Source: Podarcis liolepis (Eukaryota). Taken from it: a stretch of DNA of 64,000 nt. Position numbers and translations under genes: made by a program. Under the pieces are notes generated by a model, which made no database searches, was not told where the DNA came from, and worked only from the letters and a program-made list of their open reading frames with translations. Positions 38,424 through 50,255 of the stretch are shown here, one piece after another (position 1 is the stretch's first letter; each line of letters opens with the position of its first letter). The stretch lies in NCBI GenBank assembly GCA_965112155.1, contig OZ218099.1; one strand, written 5' to 3'.

Positions 38424-39151
38424 CAGTGGTACCTGGGGTTACAGACACTTCAGGTTACAGTGGTGCCTCGCAAGACGAAATTAATTCGTTCCGCAAGTTT
38501 TTTCTTCTTGCGAGTTTTTCGTCTTGCGAAGCACCGTTTACCATAGGAATGCATTGAAAATCAATTAATGCGTTCCTATGGAAACCGCTTGCCAGGCTTG
38601 CAGTGCGGAGAAGGGCTTTTCTCCCCACCGCAAGCCTTCAGGACAGGTACGGGAACAGAGGGGAAGGGGTGCAGCGCTTCTCCTCTGTTCCCGGGGCTTG
38701 CGGTGGGAGGAGGGTTTTTCCTCCCCACCGCCAACATTCAGAACAGCATTCTGAATGTTGACGGTGGGAAGGAAAACCCTCCTCCCACCGCAAGTCTTCA
38801 GGACAGCCATCCAAAGGCTGGCGCGGGGAGAAGGTCTCTCCGCCCCACCGCCAGCCTTCAGAGGAGCCTTCCGAAGCCTGGCGGCGGGAGGAGGGCTCTC
38901 CGCCCCACCGCCAGGCTTTGGAGCAGCCTTCCGAAGGCTGGCGGTGGGGCGGAGAGACCTCCTCCCGCCGCCAGCCTTCGGAGCAGCCTTCCGAAGCCTG
39001 GCGGTGGGGCGGAGAGCCCTCCTCCCGCCGCCAGCCTTCGGAGCATCCTTCCGCAGTGGCAGCGGGAGGCCCTATTAGCTAAAGTGGTACCTCAGGTTAA
39101 GAACAGTTTCAGGTTAAGAATGAATTAAGTTCTTAACCTGAGGTACCACTG
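38424..39151 (+). mobile_element. Tigger-like MITE with a second mariner-type element inserted at an internal TA
   Basis: TA|CAGTGGTACCT...AGGTACCACTG|TA outer ends. The inner element begins TA|CAGTGGTGCCTCGC at 38458 and lacks its other end. Confidence 0.82.
38701..39053. repeat. 60-bp GC-rich palindromic tandem array (~6 units)
   Basis: Successive 60-nt lines align. Each unit contains ccagccttcgga-gcagcct-tccgaaggctgg dyad symmetry. Confidence 0.9.
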
Positions 39152-41127
39152 TACAAGCTTCTTTGAGCCTATGGGTTGGAACAGTATAAAAAATAAATGT
39201 TCTTCATTGAATAGTCAATCCGACCGAGGATTAATGCAGATCAATTGCACTGGCAAAAGTCATCCCTCTAGTCTCCATCACTCAAAAACCCACAATAGTT
39301 CACAAGACTGGGCTACTGAATGAGGAATCTGAATGGATTTTCCCAGTACGTGGCAAGTTCTAAACTGGATATTGTGGATTCTCTCCAGGCCTTCTACAAG
39401 CATACCTTACGCATATACCAGCACAGAGGCCCCTGCAATACAAGTGCTCCCAAACTGGAAGTGTGGTTATAACTCAGGAAAAAGCCAAGTCATTCTGTTT
39501 CCATATGTAGTCCAACAGCAGTGTGGAGTTAACTATCCTCTTCCAGTAGTTGGTACTTGTAACATGCTAAGAAATTTGGAGGTTTGTGCCATAGCATAAA
39601 GAGTAGACAGGGGCAACCAAGACCTGTTAATGGGAGATGAGATTATAATTTTTGACGGAGAACACTTTCACCAGTGGAGGATCTTGGGGTCTCAAAATTC
39701 AGTGGTGCCCTGTGCAATGCCAAAATTTGGCACATACACCAGCTGTACCTTCCATTCTACATCACAGTTGCAGCTCCCCCTGTGGTGCCCCTGAAGCTCT
39801 CTGCACACAGTGCGACTGAACTGATCATGTTTCCCTAAATCCACCTCTGCTTCCATCCACACTAATTGATATCAGTTGCATGAGCAAACTCAGAAGAAGC
39901 AGCCATAAGGCAGCAACTGGCTCACAAAGATCAGAGAAAGCCAGAATCTGACTTTCCCCAGGCACTGCTGCCACCAACCAACTGCGCAGGAATCCAATTA
40001 AAGCCCTGGCATCTGAGCCTTATTTGCATTTGGACTGAAACATAAGCGAAAGGAAAGTGCCGGCTATTTGGCCAGTGGTGGTGCCTACTTGCCCATAAAA
40101 ATATTGGCAGCAAAGGAGGCTTCCAAGCCAGTTCTTTGCTCTTGCTTGCAGGTCATCATGGTCCACTGTCCTCCATCTCCAGCGATGTGGCATTTAAATA
40201 GTATGGGGTAAGCTTTAGCAGTGCTATCTGAACAACGGCCCTGACATTCTAAAATTAAGGACATCATTATGTTCTGTGGAGTTACAACGCTATGGAACAT
40301 GGGCACCATTGAAAGCAAGGAGGCAAAGACGTTAATTCCATCTCCCATGGATTTCCCCAAAGTACCATAAGAAATTCAGAGCTGTCGCTTGCTAGATTAG
40401 AACTGACAGAGCTAGTGGTTTAGAAAGAGCAGGCAATCTTGTTGCCTACCCATGCAAAGCAGGACGGGCTTCTCCCTCCAAAAGCAGATTTCTTATTTGA
40501 TTGCCCAAACCTCACACCTCTGCTGTCCCCAAATACCATTGCTTTACTCACTTAGAACGGCTGCGACAAGGAACAGCATGTTTACAACTTACTGAGCCAT
40601 GGAACCAAAGCCCTGTTGCTTGGGCATCACGAGTCACCCCTGAAAGCTGAGCTGCAACCCTCCGTCATTTAATTCTCTATTGCTACATAATCATCTGATA
40701 GTGATTCATTATTAACAAAAGCAAAACAAAATGTTCAGAGTTGAAGGTCAACATATTTCATAAAGCTGCATAACAACAAGCTTCATTCAAAGCTTGCCTT
40801 TACTCTGAAAATGTTGCAGTCATAGTTCGTGGAGATGTTTATCAGAAACTGGAGCACCTAGGTAGATGGTGTTGAGAATTTGCTTGTTGGAGCAACTTCC
40901 CTGTGAGAAAACAGCCTCAAATGTTTGCTTTTTTGTAGTTTAGACAGGTGGGGAAAGGGCTTTAAGGTATGTACCTTTGTGAATGGTGAACAGCACACCC
41001 TCCAACATGTTGAAGGAAAATCAGGACACACATCTTTCACCTGACTCACATGAGAGCACACCCCTAAAACACACACACATCTTTGGAGGCCATGCTTTCA
41101 TGGGAGCCAAAACAGGCCATCTAATCA

Positions 41128-41265
41128 CATACTCTCCAACATTTCTCTGATTAAAATAGGGACGTCCCATTCCATAAATAATAATTTTACTATTTATACC
41201 CTACACATCTTTACTGGGTTGCCCCAGCCACTCTGGGCGGCTTCCTGTATATATTAAAACATACA
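41128..41265 (-). mobile_element. Truncated second copy of the composite MITE/L2-tail element
   Basis: catactctccaacatttctc...aatagggacgtcc joined to the L2 tail (tttataccc...ctgggttgccccagccactctgggcggcttcc), the same junction as 26060-26213. Confidence 0.8.
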
Positions 41266-41269
41266 GCTG

Positions 41270-41885
41270 GCTGTGAATTACAATAAAACTAAAGTCATTG
41301 TGTTTTCAAGAAACTATAGGGCCCATAGATGGTATATGGATAATCAGTTGATAGAACAAGTTAAAGCCTTTAAATACCTCAGCCTTATTTTTCAGTCAAC
41401 AGGGTCATGGGGAGCACATCAGAAATATGCAAAGGAAAAAGCGCCTCAAAGCACCAAAATTCTAACAAACTTTTTCCATACAAAAGGTGGCAATCACACA
41501 CAGTCAACCCTTGAAGTGTTTAAAGCTAAACCCCTAGCACAGTTGTTATATGGGGCTCAGATTTGGACAGGCACTCACCTTGGATCTACAGAAGCTGTTC
41601 AATCTTCTGTAGGCAATTTTTTTCCTGTTCCATCCTGTGTTCCAAAATGCTTCATTGCTCGAGGAGGCTAATCTCCCCTCTGTTGAATTATAGATTTGGT
41701 GTAGGACATTTAATTATTGGCTTCACCTAAATTTAAACCCCACTGCTCTACTACCCTTAGTATCGCAAGATTGTCATGAGAGCGCTTGGACTAAAATTGT
41801 CAACCAAAAGCTTTACTTTTCTGGTTTATCACCACAAAGAGTTATTAACACTGGGCTTCATTAAAGCAAATAATTTAATTAGACA
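41270..41885 (+). mobile_element. Non-LTR retrotransposon RT C-terminal fragment (RTE-X-like)
   Basis: VNYNKTKVIVF...IEQVKAFKYLSLIF...LLYGAQIW, matching LINE RT late domains and thumb. Clade assignment is tentative. Confidence 0.75.
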
Positions 41886-42641
41886 GAGCTCCATATCCTC
41901 CCTGAATATTTTTTGCCTGGCTGGAATGTGTCCTTGAACTCTGATAATGCCTCTTGCTTGCCTGGACAGAGGATAGAGGGGTTATTGTGTTTATGTGCAA
42001 AGCTAGTCTACTCTAAAAGGGTAAATTATGCATTCTTTGCTCTGCCTACTTTTGCCCTTGATCCCACCCACAACCAGCACATGGTGCTCAGAAGATCGTC
42101 CAGGAGGAAATTTTGCTCTTGTGCCTAAAAAAATAATAATAATCCAAACCCTGTTCTATTTCCCTCTCTACAGCAAAACACAGAACCCTCTAATAACTAA
42201 TAACATTTATTGGCAGCTGGTTCATGAGAGAAAATCTTTGCTCTCTCATGCACACACATATATATAAAACCATAAGATTATGAGCTGAGCAGAAAAACAG
42301 TGGTCTGGCCTACTTGTGTGTCTTTTAACAGTTGCTTGATTTGTAGAAATCAGGAGGGGAAGCTTTACATGCCACCGTGATAATATCACCACCTGCTAAT
42401 GTCTGTACAGCAGGTGTTCAAGGCATCGCTAAAGCTGCTGGCTGAAAATCTGGAAACACTTGATTTGATCTGGTGGCCATTAGCTGCAGCCTGGTCTACA
42501 CATGCAGAAGAACGAGGCTGTAGAATGGACTGTGCCCCTTCAGACTGCTGCTATTTTTTAATATGTTCCCATGTTCGTGGAGGAAAAGGCCATCAGTGGC
42601 TGGCTAACAGCTATGCCCCGCCTCTGCAGTTGGAGCCAGTA

Positions 42642-43113
42642 TGTCACGGTCCAAGTCAAAGTCCCGGCTGAGGATGTCGGGACCGGGGGCAAGATGGCAG
42701 GGTGGGAGCAGGAACAAGAGTCCAGAAGCCAGAAGTCAGGAAGCCAAGAGTCTGAGGGTAAGAGAGCCGGGAGTCAAAAAGCCAAGGGTCCGAGGGTCAG
42801 GAAGCAAGGAGTCACGAAGTCGAGGGTCTGAGGATCAAGAAGTCAAGGGTCCGGGGATCCAGAAGCAAGGAGTCACAAAGTCAAGGGATCAAGGATCAAG
42901 AAGCAAGGAACCAAGGAGCCAAACGCAGTAAGACAGGAAATGTGTTGATGTGGCAAAGAACCAAAGGGAAATGCTGACCTTATATCCCTTCCCGGCTCTT
43001 GCCACCAGGTGCTGTGAGTTACCAATCAGCCTCACCTTGCCTCCTCAGAATAAACTTAGGAAGGCCTCAGTCCTGCTGGTCACAGGGCCTGGCTCCTGTA
43101 CACACTCCTGACA
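42642..43113 (-). mobile_element. Solo LTR (Gypsy-like) with internal tandem repeats
   Basis: TGTCA...TGACA ends, 5-bp TSD CAGTA (42637-42641, 43114-43118), TATA-like GATATAAG on the minus strand near 42980. Confidence 0.85.
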
Positions 43114-45199
43114 CAGTAATGCTTTTGGATACCAGTTCTTGGAAGCTTAAGGAAGAGGAGAGTGCTCTTGTGCTTGGGTCCTGCTTGTGGCGTTTCCAAA
43201 GGCATCTGGTTGGCTACTGAGAGAACAGGATCAGGACTAGATAAGCCATTGGCCTGGTCTTCTTATGTTGTCGTCTGAACTGCCCTACCCATGAGGTGGG
43301 GTTGAGAACCTGCCTCAGGCAGTGGAAGTGTAAGGGGCGGCGCCGGCTCCACCTGCCCCGCCACTTCCACCGCAGTGAGGGAGGTGTTTCGGCGTGTGGC
43401 ATTTCCACTCATCTGCCCTGTCCCTGGCTCCCGCTGAACCGTCAAGTTCAATGAGAGAGCCAGGGTATTCCTGCACACCTCGTTGCTGCTCAGCTCCCTA
43501 CCCACCTCAGGAAGAAGCTGAACAGCAAGGCTTTCAGGAGTACCGAATTTGGCGAGAGCTGGGATGCAGTGGTGGTGATGGTGGCAGTAGCGGGGGAGGT
43601 GGCAGCAATTCCTGTTTCGCCTCAGGTGTCAAAACGAGGTGGGCGGCCCCTGGTGCTGGTGGTTTTAAACCTCCTGTAGATAAAGAACTACCAAACATTC
43701 ATTGCTTTTTGCAGGGAGCTTTATACATGGTGACAGCTTGCATATGAGACTGCAAGCTACTGCTTGGAAACCCTCTTCTTCGCAATTTTTATACGTGCAG
43801 AAGCCTTGTCCTCTTCCCTGTTATGGCCGTGATACTCCTGTTTTGTGTTTCACCCAAAGCACCCACTGCTGAACTCAAAGGACTGGCTCAGATGCGGCAA
43901 ATGAAAGGGAGGTTATTGATTGGCTGTTTTGATTTTTAATTATTTGCTGTTTTTATCCTGCACTTTATTCTGTGAACCACCCTGAGATCTTCTTATGAAG
44001 GGCGGTATATAAATCTAATAAATAATATAAATGAACAGAGCTCCAGGAAAAGAGCATGGCTGTGTTGCGGTCTTCTGGGATGCGGGGAGGCAGAACAGCA
44101 ATTCCCTTTGCCTAACGGGATATTCTTTCCCCTTCTAGTAGAGCCCTTGTGCCTTTAAATAGCTGCATGATAGGCAGAGAGTTAGCAGATGGAGCTTGTC
44201 TTGGATGTAGTAAGCAGAGCCAGAGCATTACTGCATCCAACTCAGTATTGTCTTCCACGGGTAGCCACCATGGACTCATGGATGTTTTTGGGCTCGGCCC
44301 CAGCCAACATGACCAATGGTCAACACTGATGGGAACTGCAGTCCAGCAACATATGGAGGGCGCCATATTGGCTACCCCATAGTGGCTGGCAGTAGCTGTC
44401 TGCAGAGTTTCAAGCTGGTGTGTCTCCCTACTTGGATATGCCAGGATTGAATCTGGATACTTCTGCATGCAAAACAGATGCTGCAGTGGTCCAATGGTTC
44501 TGCTACCATTGAGATATAGTGATGGGAATAACCACCATCTATTGAGTTTTTGCCCATCGCTAAGCTCAGTTTCCAGTAATATCTGTTGCCTTCCTTGGGT
44601 CAAATTTTAAACTGCAAGATCCTCAGGGCAGGGACTTGCCCTTTTATCATCATATGCACCGGCAGTGCCGTATTGCTGTTGCAAAAGAAATATTAACGCT
44701 AATAAAAGCCAAAGGGGCACTGCTAACCAAGAACCAAGACTGCAAATGATAGTGCCTGAAATTAGTTCACGACTTGGCTCTGCAAATTTCGGGCTGGGTT
44801 ATCCACGCTTGAGAGGTCCTCTTTGCACAGCCAACCTTGTAATCAAGAGCATGATGCTACCCAGATGCTTGGGAGCCTCTCTCCTCCCACCCAGCGGAAG
44901 CTTAAATGTCATTCTTCACTTTAATTACCAGTTTTCCAGCTGAAGGAGGATGCACACTCCACGCAGCTGTGGTTCAGGAAGGCCACATGGGCACCTCATG
45001 AATATGCTGGTGAAGAGGGCAGCACAAGGAGGCAGCCTGCTCCGAAATATGTAGCATGGATGGGAGGCAGAGTGGGGACAGGCCAGGTGGGTTTGACTCA
45101 TGCCAGGAACACGCTGCTGAGTCAAAGTGAGGAGGGGTTCCAAAGAGAGTGCCAGTTGCCTCTTCTACTGCCTCCATTCAGGCAGATGGAGCTCTGGGC

Positions 45200-45228
<29 letters not shown>
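45200..45228. repeat. (TG)n microsatellite
   Basis: Direct reading. Confidence 0.9.
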
Positions 45229-45231
<3 letters not shown>

Positions 45232-45529
45232 AGCCTGATTTATCTTCACACTTGCAGGGTCTCTAGCCAGAAGTTATGGGCTGGACTAGAGGACGGGGGG
45301 GGGGGGGAGGTCAATTCCTCCTGGCCAGAAACACATCTGTTTAAGAGTTATTGCTCTCATTAAGAATACACTTTTTTAAAAAAGAGGAAAGAGAATGGCA
45401 TCTAACAAAGCAAGATATTTTGTGCTTATAGAAAAGCTAGTTAGTTTTTCCTTTGGGGCTCTGGGGCTGTTAGGGAGATAGGATGGTTTTCTGAGTTGGG
45501 ATGGGACGTGCCAGAAATGGACGGTGTTT

Positions 45530-45658
45530 AGTTAGTGATGCTGGCCACATGACCCAGAAGCTGTACGCCGGCTCCCTCGGCCAGTAAAGCGAGATGAGAG
45601 CCGCAACCCCAGAGTTGTCCGCGACTGGACCTAACGGTCTGGGGTCCATTTACCTTTA
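45530..45658 (+). mobile_element. Sauria SINE 3' fragment
   Basis: atgctggccacatgacccagaagctgtacgccggctccctcggcc...tttaccttta matches the 3' part of 29235-29587. Confidence 0.85.
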
Positions 45659-46050
45659 GTTAGCCCCAAAATGGAAAAGCAAAGTCCCAACGAAAGAAGA
45701 ATGGCAAATTAAACTGATGGAATATGCACAGCTCACGGACCTAACATATAGAATAAGAGAACAAGAAGAATATACGTGTAAAGAAGATTGGAAAATGCTT
45801 ACTGAATATATAGGGGAAATTGTGTACATTTGAAAACATGGCCAGCATTAAGATAAATTCAACAGTGTAAATAAGTTTTGATGGATGTAATAATGGAATA
45901 CTGAATGGCTTAGTTTATATAAAATATGCAAGGATTATATTATGCAAAACAAACCATGGAAAGAGAAGAAGGGAAGTCATTGATATTGTAAGATTGTTTG
46001 AATGAATATTCTAAAATGTAAAAGAGAAAATTTAATAAAAATTATAGAAA
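45659..46050 (+). mobile_element. L1-clade LINE 3' fragment
   Basis: LAPKWKSKVPTKEEWQIKLMEYAQL...EDWKMLTEY plus a 3'UTR with AATAAA. Confidence 0.8.
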
Positions 46051-46609
46051 CAGACCCAGCCCTGCCCTGCATGTGGTTCAGCCAGAGACCTGGCAAATGA
46101 TCCCTCTTTACCATGCAATCCTAACAGTGTCTGCTCAAAAGCAAGGCCTACTGAACTCCCTGGGACTTACTCCAAAGTAAGTGGGGTTAGGGTTGCAGCC
46201 TTAAGCACTTTTGTGTATTTAATGTAGGGGAAGAGAGCCTGCCAAATAGGTATGCAGAGGTGCACAAAAATCTCTCAGACACTGTTGGAGAGATAGGTTT
46301 ACTGCTAACAATCACCGGGCATAATATAACTTGGCCAGGGATTGTATCCAGTGGATAGGAGTTTAAAGGGTCTCAGGGGTGGAGGAAAGTTCCAAACATG
46401 TGTCTTTCCACTAAGGCTGGCGATCCACGAATATTGAACGAGGTTTTCCTGTTTCTTGTTTCTAAACCAATTAGACAAAGACCAGGCTAATCCGCCATTG
46501 TGTCTGCAGGGTCAGGAATAGAAACCAAACAATGGGATTTATGTACTGAGAAGGTAGGTGTGCGTTTAACTCAGCTGGGTTAAACGTAGCTGCTTCATTG
46601 AAACGTATT

Positions 46610-47235
46610 TATTTGTGAGATTTATAGTCCACATTGCATTAAATATAATGGGGGGGGGGGAGATGATAAACTAAAAACACAATTAAAATCAACACAACCT
46701 TAAAACAGCAAATAGGAACAAGTCAACAGGTTTGGTGGGGGGCAGACAAGACCAGCTCCACCAATAAACAGTTTAACCAAAAGTCTGGGTGAAACTGGCA
46801 CTGAAAATCCATCAGGGTGGCACCAGTTGAACTTGAGAGGGAAGGGTAATCCATAACTGGGGCACTAGCACTGGGAACACCCTCACATGTGTTGCCACAA
46901 AGTGGATGTTTGGCAAATGTGGCAGTCAAGAGGACATCCACACAAGATGAAATCATGTGGGCAGATGCCTATGGGAACAAGGGCTCCGTCAAGAATCCTG
47001 GTCCAGGATGGGGAACCTGTGGTCCTCTCGATGTTGCTCGATGATGTCCCATAATTCTGCAGCCGTTGGTTATGCTGGCTGGGGCTGATAGGAGTAACAT
47101 TGGGTGGGTCACTGATTTTCCCATCCCTGATCTGGCTTTATATGCCACAACAAACATCTTGAATGTGGTTTGGTAGCAAACTGGCAGCCAACAAAGCTCC
47201 TTTGGAACTGGTGTGCTATGCAAGGACTTCTGCGG
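46610..47235 (-). mobile_element. Old L2 fragment interrupted by a hairpin MITE (47004-47129)
   Basis: Minus-strand TPVPKELCWLPVCYQTTFKMFVVAYKA resembles L2 'TPVL.ELHWLPV..RI.FK.L...YKA'. Confidence 0.6.
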
Positions 47236-49581
47236 CATGTTAAAGGAGGTAACAGCTGTGTAACTATGCAGAAGACAGGGGTAAGGGGAATGAATAGTAT
47301 ATCCAAGTGATGCCTTGGTTATTGGAAATTCACCCAGACATACACAGTCTCAGTTATCCTAAGCTTTGCAAAAGCTGCCCCGTTTTTGTCTGCAACCAGG
47401 AGAGTTAAAAGCTTATCCTTTTAAAAAGGAATTAAGGGAAGATACCCATATTCTGCCACACCTACAGGACTTTGTATTAGGTGCTAGATAATAATTGTGC
47501 AGTCCGATCGACTCCTACAGGTTGGGGATAGGAAACCTGTGGTCTTCCAGATGTTGTTGTACTCCCAACTGCGAGCCAGCATGGCCAATGATGCAGTGGC
47601 AGGCTTTCAAATGTCAGCAGTGCCCTGGGTGACACCAAAATCCAGGGCCATGGCACCCCTCCCCTTCTTGCATTTCATTCTACATCATTGTTGTGGCACT
47701 CAGTGTGGGCGAACCGGTCCCACTCCCCTAAATCTGCCTATGAAGGGCGATAGGAGGGTGCTCAGGGGTGGGTGGTCTGATGTGATGGAAGCTCTTGCCT
47801 GACTTCCTGGCAGGTGTGTTGTTGTTGCTGCTTATGAGAATGTAGAGCGGGAGGACATGGCAGGGTCAGCATGTGGTACAGACACGTGCCAGCTGAGCCA
47901 ACCCAACATTCCTGCTGGTGGGCTTCGCATCACGCCACCCTCCCCTGCCGCCTTAATGCTCCCTCCAGATTCAACACACACTAACAAAATAACTAATGTG
48001 ACAGAGGGAAGGTTTTGACTAAAAGTGGGCGGCAGAAGGGAGAATTCTGGAGACAGAAACCAGCTCTGGGGGAAAAAATGAACATTCTGTTGCTCTTCGT
48101 GGCAGGCAGGAGAGAACTGAGTAGGAAGGCACTTTCCCATTCTCCTGCTGCCGGTGCGGAGAGCAGGCAGAAAAAGAAAAAGGCATCTAGCTGACACTGT
48201 GCTGTGGGGTGGGTTCCCTCCTGTCTTGCCCAATGTTCCAGAAGGTTCCCTTCCTGCGTCCTCAGAAGCCACAAAGGACTATGGGAGACAGTGGTCTCTC
48301 TGTGTGTGTCTTTTTCTGTTGCTTTCCAGGTTGCATCAGCTGGGTCCATGAACCCCTTGCCATTCACTCACTGTTGCTCTTCAACCTCTTGCTAATTTTG
48401 GGCTCTGTTCTCTAAGAAAAGAGAGTAAGCGGGGTATCCCATTCCTTTCTCACACCCCTCTCTTTGTTTTCTTTCCTTCTGACAGCTTGCAGGCTTTCTT
48501 CCAAACGGCCCTGCTATATACCTGGGCAAGAGATCTTCCCTTTCCAAAGCAACCAACAGAACCCGAGTAGGTGAACAGGTGGAGCAGTAGGATGATGGAT
48601 GGACCCATCTGGCGGGTGGCCTGGGGGCTCAGGCACTGCCACCTCAACAGCTGTGCACAGATGGCACCATCTCACTCAGCCAGAGTGAATTTGCTTTTGC
48701 AGGCAGAGCTCGCCAATGACACTTTCTGCAGATCCTTCCCCGTTACAAGATGCTTGGGTGGCAGAAGCTGCTTAACACCCCCTCTTCTCCAGCCCTTTGA
48801 CTTCCACCCCAGCTTTGAGTCACAGCTGAGCTCCCCATCCAGCTCACATCTGGGAGCTGAGACTGTGGCTGCTGCAAAAGGGAAACGCCAGCTGCAAGGA
48901 CTCCCCCCCCCCCCCGTCTGGCTCCTTGACAGCACTGGGCCATTGTGCCACTCACTAAGCAAAGAGCTAACTCCCAGGGAAGGCTGGCGATGGCAAGGAT
49001 ATTTGCAAAGCTGTGTTGGGTACCCAGGCGGTCTCAGATGCTGTAAGGACCTGGATTGCCACTGGAGAAAGGGACTCAGGCCCAGGATTTTGTGCCATCA
49101 GCATAAGCAGAGATGGCGGAGGAAAGCCAAGGTGTTGGAAGAGGAGGATGCTGCAGATTGGATTTAAGAGGAGAGAGGGCGGTGGAGGAGGAGTTCGAAT
49201 GGCACATCACGATAAATGGGAAAGAGGGAGAGAACCAAAGCTCAGGATAACAGATGGACTGTGGGATGGGATTGAGGAAAAGGGAGCCGAGAGTTGGGCT
49301 GTGCAGCTGGGGGTGAAGTGGGGGCTGCAGGTCAAAACGAAGAGACGTGGAGCTTAATTCAACATGGACGGGAGGAGCTCAGGCCTTGCATAACAGGTGG
49401 ACTGTGGGATGGGATTGAAGGGCATTAGCAAACCTGAAGGGTGGGGTGGGGGCAAGGAGGGAGAGATCCGACAAATGCACTCATAGGTCAAGGCCAAGTG
49501 CCATTGTCAGAGTTGATCTGGAGTAGATCACAGGACCAAAATAAGCAGAGGATGAGACGAATGCTCATGCTGGCGTTTCTC

Positions 49582-50255
49582 TTCTCCTGGGCATGGTTGG
49601 CCAATTGGTGCCAAAAAAGGACAGAACTTTCTTTATGTACGCCACAACAGCAGCAAGAATACTTATTGCAAAGTATTGGAAGACACAAGATCTACCCACT
49701 CTGGAAGAATGACAGATGAAGGTGATAGACTATATGGAACTGGCAGAAATGACTGGCAGAATCCGAGACCAGGGAGAAGAGTCGGTGGAGGAAGATTGGA
49801 AGAAATTTAAAGACTATTTACAGAAACATTGTAAAATTAATGAATGTTAGAATGATGTTGGAATGAATCTAGGTGATTTTAGCAAAAATGTATCAAAGAT
49901 TTAAGAAAAATAGACTGTTAATTGGTGAAAAGAGGGAAAGTAAACTTATATCAAGATAAATTTTCAGGATAAAAATTTTGAAGAGAGGGAAAGGATTTGC
50001 TGAAATGGATAATTGACTTAGAATACAAAAAAGGGAGGTGTGAGGAGGTCAGGGAAACAAGCAAATGAAATATAAGTTATGGGAAAGTTCGATTTGTTTT
50101 GTTTTTTCCCCCCTTTGTTTTTAATTGTCTCTATTTTTCTGTTTTTTATTGTGATGTGTTGGTTTTGTTATTGTTCAATTTGGTGTTTTTTCTTTTGTCT
50201 TTTTGTAAACTTAAAAGTTTAATAAATACTATTAAAAACAACAACAACAACAAAA
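49582..50255 (+). mobile_element. 5'-truncated L1 insertion with 16-bp TSD
   Basis: RTFFMYATTAARILIAKYWKTQDLPTLE..MKVIDYMELAEMT...EEDWKKFKDYL, then AATAAA and an A/(CAA)n tail. TSD CATGCTGGCGTTTCTC at 49566-49581 and 50256-50271. Confidence 0.92.

Noticed and set aside
38701-39053. Regularly spaced palindromic repeats superficially like a CRISPR array
   Set aside because: No unique spacers, vertebrate context and no cas genes. It is a minisatellite.
38565-39128. 186-aa and overlapping ORFs with repeated PPPAASLRSSLPK units
   Set aside because: Products of the GC-rich 60-bp tandem array inside a transposon, not a gene.
48571-49440. 198-aa and 114-aa ORFs
   Set aside because: No domain or splice support. 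Possibly very old LINE remnants (an RPPG-like motif on the minus strand), but too decayed to call.
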